A stretch of DNA of 64,000 bases from Stegostoma tigrinum (Eukaryota), in the NCBI RefSeq assembly GCF_030684315.1, contig NC_081366.1, positions 26,851,410-26,915,409 on the forward strand, read 5' to 3'. The notes under the pieces were generated by a model. It saw only the letters and a list, made by a program, of their open reading frames with translations. It was not told where the DNA came from and ran no database searches. The translations under genes and the position numbers were made by a program. The stretch's first letter is position 1. The number at the start of each line of letters is the position of its first letter. Below, piece after piece: positions 41,051 through 52,768 of the stretch.

Positions 41051-41789
41051 ATAAGCCTTGCCACCAATCAGCAGCAATGGAGGAATGGACGAGAATTTGT
41101 TTCTTTTCAATTCATATCTCAGGTTAACATTTTATCCTCTCGAAATATGCTAAGAAATGCAATCAAGGTGTTCAAGGGCCAGTCAAATACTCAGATCAAC
41201 AATGACTCCATCATTTCATATTCCTTACATTTGCTAACTTTCTTTTGGAACCAACAGTATATTTGCATGTGATGTGTTTCAGGTTGAACTAAAAGTGCAC
41301 TTTGATATCAATTTTAATATTGGGACAACAGGCCTATACTGGTCAGCTTGTCATCCATAGCCATAACAAAGGAGCAGTTGAAACTTTCAGTCACTGCCTT
41401 TATCCAGCTGCCTCATTGTTGGCAGTTCTAATTCTCTCACAAGTTAAGTTCCCATGTGTCTGCCTCCTGCAAGGTGCTGGAAGTTGTGAGACAAACACAG
41501 ATTGGGGAGGTGTGGTGTTGCAGGACCATTAATCCTCAGATTATTTTTATGAAACTTACTCTGCTGAACTCAATAAACTGATGGTGAACTTATTGTAGAT
41601 GCAGTTTGTCACTTCCCATTTTGCAGCCCTCATCGAAAATTATAGCAATCATGATCCTAAGACTCTAACTGTGCAAGTGAGAGGGATGTACCACCAAAGA
41701 CAAACAAGGGGCTATGACACCCATGATATTCTCCTTTCAAAATATTATTGACCTTTTCATTAAGACCATAACATATAAGAGCAGGTAAG

Positions 41790-42014
41790 AGAAAGTTAGA
41801 AAATGTAAGAAATATAAAATGATGGAGCAATTGTTGATCTGAGTATTTGACTGGTCCTTCAGTACCTTGACTGCATTTCTTAGCATATTTCCATAGGATA
41901 AAATATTAGCCTAAGATGTGAATTGAAAAGAAACAATTGCTCATCCATTCCTCCATTGCTGCTGATTGGGGGCAAGTCTTATTTAAATTTCCTCTTTTTT
42001 ACTTATCACTGTAT
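41790..42014 (-). repeat. Inverted copy of 41018-41243 (end of exon 10 plus proximal 3'UTR)
   Basis: Manual reverse-complement alignment: about 225 bp with about 24 differences. Confidence 0.9.
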
Positions 42015-42021
42015 CTTTCAG

Positions 42022-42750
42022 GCATTTGGTCCATCAAGATCTGCTGACCAATGCAATTATGGCTGATACATTTCTCACCCCTATTCTCCTACCTTCTCCC
42101 CATAACCCTTGATTTCCCTACCAATCAAGAACCTATCTGTCTCTGCCTTAAATGCACTCAATGACTTGACCTCCACAGCCCTCTGCAGCAATGAGTTCCA
42201 CAGATTATTCAGCCTCTGGCTGAAGAAATTCCTCATCACCTCAATTCTAAAGGACCATCTCTTCATTCTGAGCTTGTGTCTAGCCTCCCCTATTAACATT
42301 TTCTCCACACCCACTCTATCCAGGAATCTCAGTATTTGTGAGTTTCAAATCGGATCATCCCTTATCCTTCTAAGCTCCACTGGGTACAGACGCAGAGTCC
42401 TCAACCGCTCCTCACATGACAAACCCTTCATCCCCAGGATCATTCTTCTAAACCTCCTCTGGTCCCTCTCCAACAGCATCTTGACCTTCCTTTGATACTG
42501 ATCCCAAGACTGTTTACAACATTCTAAATGTGCTCTGGCTAGAGCCTTCTACAGCTTCAACAGTATATCTGTGGTCTTGTATTCCAACCCTCTTGAAATG
42601 AAGGCTGAAATTGCATTTACCCTCCTAACCGCCAACTGAACCTGCATCCTGAATGCGGAGACTCAAGTCCCTATGTGCTTCAGATTTCTGTAGTCTTCCT
42701 CCATTTAGAAAATATACTCTGTTCTTTCTGTCAAAGTATATCTATCATAA
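42022..42750 (-). mobile_element. CR1 LINE 3' fragment (its tail resumes at about 41761-41784)
   Basis: RNFFSQRLNNLWNSL on the minus strand. Confidence 0.8.
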
Positions 42751-42977
42751 CCTCACACTCTCGCAGAATAATGCGAATAGGCAATAAGGCTATCAATCCA
42801 ATTTTGTATCCGTCAGTACCCTGTCTTTTCCAATCAATAGAAGTGAAAATTGGTTCCACTAAGTCACATCCAGCCTATGGCCTCTCTCCCAAAGGGAGCA
42901 ACTTTATCAAAGACAATGAAACAAACAAAAAATTGGTCCCTTCCTTAATCAGTTGATGCTGTTAGCTATGCCTATTA

Positions 42978-43490
42978 CATAGAATATTACAGCACAGTAC
43001 AGGCCCTTTGGCCCTCGATGTTGTGCCAACCTGTCATACTGATCTCAAGCCCATCTAACCTACACTATTCCATGTACGTCCATATGCTTATCCAATGACG
43101 ACTTAAATGTACCTAAAGTTGGCGAATCTACTACCGTTGCAGGCAAAGAGTTCCATTCCCTTACTACTCTCTGAGTAAAGAAACTACCTTTGACATCTGT
43201 CCTATATCTTTCACCCCTCAATTTAAATCTATGCCCCCTCGTGCTCACCGTCACCATCCTAGGAAAAAGGCTCTCCCTATCCACCCTATCTAACCCTCTG
43301 ATTATTTTATATGTTTCAATTAAGTCACCTCTCAACCTTCTTCTCTCCAACAAAAACAGCCTCAAGTCCCTCAGACTTTCCTCGTAAGACCTTCCATCCA
43401 TACCAGGCAACATCCTAGTAAATCTCCTCTGCACCCTTTCCAAAGCTTCCACATCCTTCTTATAATGCGGCGACCAGAACTGTACGCAAT
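42978..43490 (-). mobile_element. Young CR1 LINE 3' fragment
   Basis: Near-identical to 27031-27550; TGCCTATTA duplicated at both flanks. Confidence 0.9.
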
Positions 43491-44049
43491 AACTGCCTAT
43501 TAACTGTTACTCCCACTTCAATCATTCAACTTGAATCCAAGCGTCCACTATTGGTACTAAATGGGAAATTAGATCAGGAGCCAAAGAATCAAAGGTTAGT
43601 GTGAGGAGGCAGGAATGTGGAGTGGGGGCCACAGTCAGATCAAGCATGGTGAATGATGAATTATTGGATGGTGCTGCATACTTGCAGGATCAACTGGCCT
43701 ACTCTTGCTCCTTATTCATGTATCTGAATAAGGCTCATGTGAGAAGAGATTTAAAACAGCACTGGAGCTAGGACTGAAATTGGTTGATACAATTTTCATT
43801 TATATCATGCAATATTGGAAAAATGCTCTAAATCTACTCCTGCCCCACTTTCCAGCATTTGACCCATAGTTTTTGAACATTGAGACATTTGAAGTACTCA
43901 TCCTATTACTTTTTAAAAGTTGTAAGATTTCCACCTCAACTACCCTCCCCAGGCAGTGCATTCGAGATTCCTACTATCCTCTGAGAAATAAACAGTCAAA
44001 AAATGATAAATATTAGAAATATTGAATTGATGGGATTGTAAAATTCATT

Positions 44050-45520
44050 TGTGGAATGTGGACTGGCCAGCATTCATTGTCTGTCCCTAGTTGCCCTCAA
44101 GAAGTTGGTGGTGAGCCGCCTTCTTGAACCTCTGCATTCTACCTGCTGTGTGTTGACCCACAATGTCATTAGAAAGAGAGTTCCAGGATTTTAAGCCAGC
44201 AACAGTGAAGGAATGATGATATATTTCCAAGTCAGGGATGGTGAGTGGCTTGGAGAGGAACTTGAAAGTGGTTGTATTCCCTTGTATCAGCTGCCCTTGT
44301 AGATGGAAGTGGTCATGCATTTAGAAGGCACTATCTGAGGATCTTTGGTGATTTCTACATTGCATCTTGTAGATAGTACACACTGCTCTTAGTAAGCATC
44401 AGTGGTGGAGGGAATGGATTCTTGTGGATATAGTGTCAATCAAACGAGCTGCTTCGTTCTGGACCATTTCAGGCTTCTTGAGCATTGTTGGAGCTGCACA
44501 CATCCAGGCAAATGGGGGGTATTCAATCACACTCCTGGCTTGTGCCTTGCAAATGGTGGACAAGCTTTTGGGGATCAGGACATGAAATACTTGCAGCAGT
44601 ATTCCTAGCCTCTGACCTGATCTTGTAGCCACTGTGTTTATGTGGTGAGTCCGGTTGCGTTTCTGGTCAATGATAACTTCCGGGATGCTGATAGTGGGAG
44701 ATTCAGTGATGGAATCTCCATTGAATGTCAAGGAGTAGTGGTTAGATTGTCTCTTACTGTTGATGGCCATAGCCTGGGGTTTGTGTGGCGGAAATGTTTC
44801 TTGCCACATTGCCAGCCCAAGCCTGCATATTATCCAGATCTTGCTGCATTTGAACATAGACTGCTTCAGTATCTGAGAAGTCACAAATGGTGCTGAACAT
44901 TGAGCAATCATCAGCAAACATCTAGCCTTCTGACTGTATGTCAGAGGGAGAGTCATTGATGAAGCAGCTGAAGTTGTTCTACCCTGACACTACCCTGAGG
45001 AACTCCCGCAGTGATGTCCTGGAGTTGAGATGACTGACATCCAACAACCATGGTGGCTCAGTGGTTAGCACTGCAGCCTCACAGCACCAGTGACCCGGAT
45101 TCAATTCCAGCCTCGGGTGACTGTCTGTGTGGAGTTTGTACATTCTCCCCGTGTCTGCGTGGGTTTCCTCCGGGTGCTCCGGTTTCCTCCCACAGCCCAA
45201 AGATGTGCAGGTTAGGTGGATTGGCCATGCTAAATTGCCCGTAGTGTTCAGGGGCATGTGGGTTATAGGGGGATGGGTCTGAGTGGGATGCCTGAAGTGG
45301 CAGTGTGGGCTTGTTGGGCTGAAGGGCCTGTTTCCACACTGTAGGGAATCTAATCTAATCTAAACCACGACCATCTTCCTATATGTCACAGAGGACTCCA
45401 ACCACTTGACCGTTTGCCCCCTGATACACATGATTCCAGTTTTGCCAGGGCTCCTTGATGCCACAATTTGTTGACTGCAGAGTCACTGGATTACTAGTCC
45501 AGGAACAACACCACTTTACC
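44050..45520 (-). mobile_element. L2/CR1-clade LINE RT fragment with nested SINE
   Basis: Decayed RT (GVPQGS and FADD regions) and FKKAAHHQLLEGN terminus. Confidence 0.8.
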
Positions 45521-47333
45521 ATCTCCTCCCCTGGTGAGATGCAGCTCTTGTTGGAAATCTGGAGATGTAGTGAGCTGTTACAGCCAAGGAAAGTAACTTT
45601 TCCTTCATCCTTCAAAATGCTATGATTAGTTCCTATATTTGAAACATCTCCTTGTTGTTCAGTTACAGTTTTAATTTATCCCATTGATGTTAGACTGCTT
45701 CCAATGTCGAAGTTCTCTTTTAAATTTTTGCTTGCTGTTCACTATCAATGTTCCAAAACTTGTATAATGATCATTCTTACCCAAGAGTTTGATGAAAGAT
45801 ATTTGGTTCATTTGGCCTTCCTCATTTCCCTGACTTCAGATGCCAGAAACTCTGAGCTGAAATCTCATTTCAGGACATAATATGCACATTAGATCAGTTT
45901 GCAAAAACTGTAAATTGATCTAACACCCAATTATTTAAATGATCAAAAAGAAGAGAATGGGGTGGAATATCACCTTCAGGGGTGACAGTACACATCCAGA
46001 TACCTCTTTCAAGTGATATCCCCCCCACCTGGCATTCCACTGGTGCTACTGCCGTTGCTGGAATTGTTGGCCAATCGCATCATAATTCCAAGCTCAGCTA
46101 GTTAACATTATCCTGCAGTGCAGAAATTTGTTTAAAGAGACAATCAACTGGTTTTTCTTCCAGGGACTAGAGAGTGAGAAATCAAGTCTTACAAACTTGA
46201 TTGAATTTTTTAGGAAGTAACCAAAAAGATTGATGAGGGCAGAGCTCTAGACATTATTTACTCAGATTTTAGTAAAGCCTTTGACAAGATTCCATGTGGT
46301 AGTCTAATTATTAAAATTAGATCACATGAGATTCAGGGTGAGCTTGCCAATTGGCTTGATGGTATGAGACAGAGAATAATGGTGGTGGGCCGTTTTCGGA
46401 CTGGAAGCCAGTGTTCCAAAGGGATCGGTACTAGTCCACTTTTGTTTGTCATTTATATAAATGATTTGAATGATAATATTAGAGGTATGATTAGCAAGTT
46501 CACAGATGACATCAAAATTGGCAGTACAGAGGGCAATGAAAATGGTTATTTAAGATCACAAACAGATCTTGATCAATTGGCTAGGGAGTGGCAGATGGAG
46601 TCTAATTTGGAAAAATGCAAGGTATTACATTTTGGTAAAAACTAAAACAGGCAGGACTTATACAGTAGGGCCCTGGGTGGTTTAGTAGTTTAGTTTAGAG
46701 GCCTAGGGGTTCAGGTTCATGATTCGCAGGTTGACAGTGTGGTTAAGTAGGCATTTAGTATGCTTACCCTCTGACCTTTGAGTATAAGAGTTGGGATCTC
46801 ATGTTGAGGTTGTACAGGATGTTGGTGAAGCAGTTCTGAAAAATTATGTGCAGTTCTGGTCAGCTATCTTTAAGAAGGGTATTATTAAATTGGAGAGGGT
46901 TCAGACAAGATTTAAAAGGATGTTGCTGGGACTGAAGGGCTTGAGTTATAAAAATGGGCTGGGTGGGCTAAGAACGTTCTTCACTGAAGCATAGGGGCTT
47001 GAGGTGTGGCCTTATAGAGGTTTATAAAATCATGAGAGGTATAGATAAGTGGAATATCAAGTCATTTCCCTAAGGTGGGGAAGTTCAAAACTGGGAGGCA
47101 TACTTTTAAAGTGAGAGGAGGAAACTTTAAAAAGGACGTGCAGAGCCACTTTTTTGCATAGAGTGGTTTGTGTGTGGAATGAACTGCCAGAGGAAGTGGT
47201 GGATCAGGTACAGTTACAACATTTGCATGACATTTGTTCAAGTACCATGAATAGAGAAGGTTTGGAGGGATACGGGCCAAGAACAGGCAGGTAGGACTAA
47301 TTTAGTTTGGAAACATGGTCATGGTGAGCTAGT
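44302..47333 (+). repeat. Segmental duplication, copy 1
   Basis: Same sequence as 60969-64000 at offset 16667; about 16 substitutions and no net indel seen. Confidence 0.97.
45051..45362 (+). mobile_element. HE1-type SINE
   Basis: TGGTGGCTCAGTGG head, (AATCT)n tail, AACCA on both sides. Confidence 0.9.
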
Positions 47334-47375
47334 TGGACTGAAGGATCTGTGTCTGAGCTGAATGACTCTATGATA
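46160..47375 (+). mobile_element. CR1 LINE RT/3' fragment
   Basis: [28 protein letters not shown]. Confidence 0.9.
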
Positions 47376-48714
47376 GACAGTACATCCTCCTGGAAAATTA
47401 GTCTTGGGCTGTGCACAGATTCTCTTTTGGTGCCTTAACTCAATATTCAGTCCTTAATTGCTCTAAGACATTTCCTCTCCCCAACACTGCAATATTCTTC
47501 TGAAGCAATAAATGACTTGCATTTACACCACCAAAGGTTTCACAGAATCGTAAGTATTTATCAGTTGTCACCACTATAGCAGCTGCTAGTAGTGTGCATG
47601 GCAAATTCCTACAAACTGCAATGTGATAAAGGTAAGACAATGTGACTTTAACAGAAGGACAATATTATCATCAGCATTCAAATGAAAGCACTATACAGCA
47701 GATGCTGGAGATCTGAACTAAAATTATAAAGTACTGGAGAAATTCAGGAGGAACTTTTCTGAAGAATCAAAGGACTGAAAACATTACTTTTATCTCACCA
47801 CACAAATACTGCCAGACCAACTGAATTTGTCCAGTACTCTCTGTATTTATTATCATAAACACGCAACTGTTAAGAAGCCTCCTACTTTCTTATCTCTGAC
47901 AACCATTCCATGGCCTGACTCAATGAAATTTCCAGGAAAGGAGGTGCTGCCAAATTTATCAAAAAAAGTATTTGAACTACTCAATGGCAACTTCAATTAT
48001 TTTAATTGGTTGGAATGCTTTCCTCACATGCAGCCTGTAGTGGGGAGCTACTTTAGTCAACCTGTTTGACACATTATGATCCACCTCCAGGGCAAGTGTG
48101 ACTTGAACTGAGACTTCTAGCCCAGGGGTAGGGAGAATACCAAGGTACCAAAATTCCTACAGTTTAAATGCTGCATTTCAGTGTTAATGAAAATACAGAT
48201 AACTCCACATTGTTTCAATCTATAAACCTTTCAATGAACCCAGCACACTGCCACTTCAACATTCAGTTGTGCTGCAAGCCCCTTCTTCTTAAAGTGTTTT
48301 TATTAATCCATCATGACAAAACTCTGTAACAGATGGAACTTAAACACAGTTGCTCTGGCTTAAAGGTGGCAACGTTACCATTGGATCATGAAAGTCCCTG
48401 GTAGGTATAAAGATGCATACAGAGTAAGGAATTAGATACCAAATGAGGCTTTTTGTGGAGGAAAGCAAGCAAGAGCTTGCTAGTAGATGATGAATGAGAT
48501 GCAAAAGGTGCCATATTACCTGAAAGTCATTGCTGATAAACATTCACATACGTTAAAACAATGCAGCGAAGGTTACCTTAAGTCATATCAAACTCTTTTG
48601 GCAGTGCATTCTTGGAAAATATGCTGGCTTCTTTGCCTTGTTTGATCAAATCAGGCCATTATCTTTTTTTTCCACTGAGTATCCTTGCAAGTCCCCTTGT
48701 TGTCAGTCATGACA

Positions 48715-49120
48715 CATGTGGTAATACTCTTTTCTGAGTCAGAGGGCTATGGGTTCAATTCTCACTTCAGGAACTGAACACAAATATCACTCCAGGTGCT
48801 GAGCAAGTGTTGCTTTTTTCAATGAGACATCAAATGGAGTCCCGATATGGAACTCACCGGTAGACGTAAAGATTTAATGATACATTTTTTTTACAAAAGA
48901 CTGGGGGAATTGTCCCAGTATCCTCTATAATATTTATCCTCAATATCACAAAAGCAGATTATCTGGTCATTATCTCATTAAAGTTACAGGGTCTGTTTTG
49001 CACAAATCGGCTGCCACATTTTATTCATTACAATAGTGAATACACTTCAAAAGCTCTGTATGGCAATTGAAGACTTTGGGATATCCAGTGATTATGAAAG
49101 GAGCTTTATAAATGCAAGTT
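48715..49120 (+). mobile_element. SacSINE1/DeuSINE-like SINE
   Basis: tRNA-like head and Deu-type region (ctggtcattatc...aaatcggctgcc...acttcaaaag...tataaatgcaagt); related fragments near 19790-20020 and 47500-47640. Confidence 0.6.
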
Positions 49121-50719
49121 TTTCCATGGCTATCTACATCATCTCAAGAATTAAATATAAAATAAGCCAAATGTTTCCTTTTTATGACAAATGTGTCAAC
49201 AAATTAAATCCATTTTTATCTCTACCATATTTAAAAACCAGCATAAATATAATATTTTAGAGTAATGTAACCTGCTATTGGATGCTATAGTGCAAATTTA
49301 GCCATCACAATATTACATTCTCTCTCTTGGAGACTGCATTAGACAAGATTTCTCTGTGGAGAGCATCTATAGTGTATTCATTTGATGATGTCATACTGCA
49401 TTATAACCATGGAACCATGAGCTGTGAAAGCAATGTAGAAGAAAATCACAATGGTATTCACCCATATGGCAAAAAGAACACATCTAATCAAAACAGCATT
49501 GGTTCGGTACTTGTGATCCTAACCGTATTGTGTTTATTCAAGGAAAAGTTATATAAATGTATGAACGAGGAAAGAGCCAAGCATCATGGGGCAAACAAGA
49601 AAGCGGAAATGACAACCAGATCACTAATCTTATTCAATTGCAAACCAGGCTTAGAAAGTGGTGAAGAAACTATTCCTACTCCTAATCCTGTGTTCCTGTA
49701 CCTCTTTTCTGCAGTTAATATGTATCTCTCACATAGTTGAGCAAGAATCTGTCTCACTCCAACTATGTACTTGTAGCATATCTTGGAAATATTTGCAGAT
49801 TGGGATTGGTGCTGGGACCACAACAATTTATGGCTTAGATGAATGGACAGAAGATGTGGTCCCAATATTTGCTGGTATTGCCAAGACAGGTAGGAGATAA
49901 GTTATGAAGAGAACACAAAGAGATTACAAAATATACTGGTGGGCAAAGAAAATGCAAATGGGGTATAATTTGGGAAAATGTGGTACTGTTGATTTTGGCA
50001 GAAATTTTTTTTTAATTAGCAAAATGTTGGGAGATTGCAGAACCTTGAATTGGATGTTATTGTGCAGAATTCAAAATAGTAGCATGGAGGTGCATTGCTG
50101 ACTGCTTTGTGTGCAGAAGCATCTCTTGGAATAGTGATATACCCTGTCCGCTGACAGCTGAGTCCTGAGCTGGACATGCTGCACACGTTGTAACGACATG
50201 GAAAGCAACTAGAATCATTGGCAGGATAACATAAATATACTAACATCCTAAGAAATAAAAGTCATCTCAATTGCCAATGTAGAAATGTCCCTGGTACAGT
50301 GTTTTACAGCATTCTGACTGTGAGTAATTCTGACACCAATGCTAATATTGATTACTGAGATGGCAGGACTGACAAATGAAGATAGACTGGATCAATTAGG
50401 GTTATATCCACTTGAATTTAGGAGAATGAGCAAGGGGGAATCTCACAGCAACCTATAAATTTCTAATTTGACTAGACAGGTTAAAAGTGGGAAGGATGTT
50501 CCTGATGACCAGGAAGCCCAGAACCAGGGGTCACAGTTTAAGGGTACTGGGTTAGCCATTCAGGAACACAGTATTGGTTGAATAAATCAGCCTTGATCAT
50601 TGCGAATGGCAGAGGAGACCTAAAAGCTCTTGCTCTTATTTTCTATATTTCCATTATAATCAATCGCAATATCATAGTAACGAATTCTATGGCTGGGCTC
50701 TCTGTAAACCTGTGGGACA

Positions 50720-51540
50720 GTGAACATAGAACAGAAATAAGTACAGCACAGGAACACCCACTTCAGCCCACCAAGCTTGTGCCAGCTCTATAATGTCATT
50801 CTAAATTAATTCCATCTGCTTGCACATATTCTATATCCCTCTATTCTCTCCTGCTTGTGTGTCTGTCTGACTGCCTCTTAAACTTTGCTGTTGTGTCTTC
50901 TTCTGCTGTCTCCCCTGGCAGCATGTTCCAGGTAGCTACCATGCTCTGTGTAAAACATTTGCTTTGTGAGGTTCCTTTAAACTTTTGCCCTCTCACCTTA
51001 AACCTATGCCTCCTAGTATTTGACCTTCCCAGCCTGCAGAAAAGACTCTAACTATCCACTCTATGATAACAAAGTGTGAAGCTGGATGAACACAGCAGGC
51101 TATGCAGCATCTCAGGAGCACAAAAGCTGATGTTTCGGGCCTAGAAGGGTCTAGGCCCGAAACGTCAGCTTTTGTGCTCCTGAGATGCTGCTTGGCCTGC
51201 CGTGTTCATCCAGGTTCACACTTTGTTATCTTGGATTCTCCAGCATCTGCAGTTCCCATTATCACTGATACAACTATCCACTCTATCTATGCTTCTCATA
51301 ATTTTATATACTTATATTAGATCGCCTCTCAGATGCTGATGTTTTCGCAAAAATAATCTGAGTTTATCCAATCTCTCCTTGTAACTAATACAGTTCAATC
51401 TGGGCAACATCATGTAAACTTCATTTGCACCTTTTCCAGGCCCCCACATCTTACCTATAGTGTGGCAACGAGAACTGCAACAATACTTAAAAATGTGCCT
51501 CAACTGAAGCTTCTTAAACCTGCAAGGTGACGTGCCAACT
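50720..51540 (-). mobile_element. CR1 LINE 3' fragment hosting a Penelope mini-insertion
   Basis: YKERLDKLRLF...LRGDLI on the minus strand. Confidence 0.75.
51065..51271 (+). mobile_element. Hairpin Penelope-derived mini-insertion
   Basis: 81-bp inverted arms (51065-51145 and 51150-51230) plus tail; 15-bp duplication AACTATCCACTCTAT at 51050 and 51272. Confidence 0.85.
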
Positions 51541-51544
51541 TTAC

Positions 51545-51998
51545 TAGGATGTTGCCTGGTATGGAGGGAAGGTCTTACGAGGAAAGGCTGAGGGACTTGA
51601 GGCTGTTCTCGTTGGAGAGAAGAAGGTTGAGAGGTGACTTAATTGAAACATATAAAATAATCAGAGGCTGAGATAGGGTGGATAGGGAGAGCCTTTTTCC
51701 TAGGATGGTGACGGCGAGAACGAGGGGGCATAGCTTTAAATTGAGGGGTGAAAGATATAGGACTGATGTCAGAGGTAGTTTCTTTACTCAGAGAGTCGTA
51801 AGGGAATGGAACTCTTTGCCTGCAACAGTAGTAGATTCGCCAACTTTGGGTACATTTAAGTCGTCATTGGATAAACATATGGACGTACATGGAATAGTGT
51901 AGGTTAGATGGGCTTGAGATCAGTATGACAGGTTGGCACGACATCGAGGGCCGAAGGGCCTGTACTGTGCTGTAATGTTCTATGTTCTATGTTCTATG
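51545..51998 (+). mobile_element. Young CR1 LINE 3' fragment
   Basis: Near-identical to 42978-43420 in the opposite orientation; (TTCTATG)n tail. Confidence 0.9.
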
Positions 51999-52768
51999 AA
52001 CTTTTACACTCAATGCCCCAACTGATGAAGATATGCATGTCATATAATTTCTTTACCACGTCATCCACTTGTGTGGCCACTTTTAGAGAGCGATGGGCTT
52101 GCACCCCATGAAGAGTCATCTGGACTCAAAATGTTAGCTTGCCGTCTCTCCATGAATGCTGTCTAATCCACTGTGATCTCCCACATTTGTTGTTTTTATT
52201 ACAGATTCCAGCGTCTACAGTAATTTGTTCCTCCTGAGGGTCCTGCCATTTACTGTATACTTTGTTCTTGCATTTGACCTTTCAAAATGCATCACCTCAC
52301 AGAAAAAAACACTGCTCTACAACTATTCTCCGTCCTCCATGATGAAGAAAGCATTTGCCGAACTTACACACAGCTTGTATTAGAGATATCAGCTCCTGTC
52401 AATTGGGAAACTCTCATGTGACAGGCAGAGATAGGAAGCATAATCCTGACCAGGGGCTATGTCTGGATTCAAGTCCCTCGAGCTTTGTGGAAATGTACCT
52501 GTACAGATTTGTTAAAATATACCCATGAAAACGGGAAAACTTTTACTACCTCTGACATGGTGAGATATGTTGCTGATGACCTGGACTTGTCACTTCATGG
52601 TAAACAGCACACACTTTGAATAATTTATTTATCTGCTTTGGCTAGAAGGCTGCCAATGCTGTTTAGTTCCATGAAATTTCATCTTATCTACCAGCCCTTC
52701 CCCATTCACTGCTCTAGTCGCACGGCTTTATCCTCGCTGCCACTAATATGAACAAAAGATGTTAAACA

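Noticed and set aside
48340-48543. Minus-strand segment with splice-like ends and a hydrophobic ORF
   Set aside because: No convincing match to any SLC22 exon or other protein
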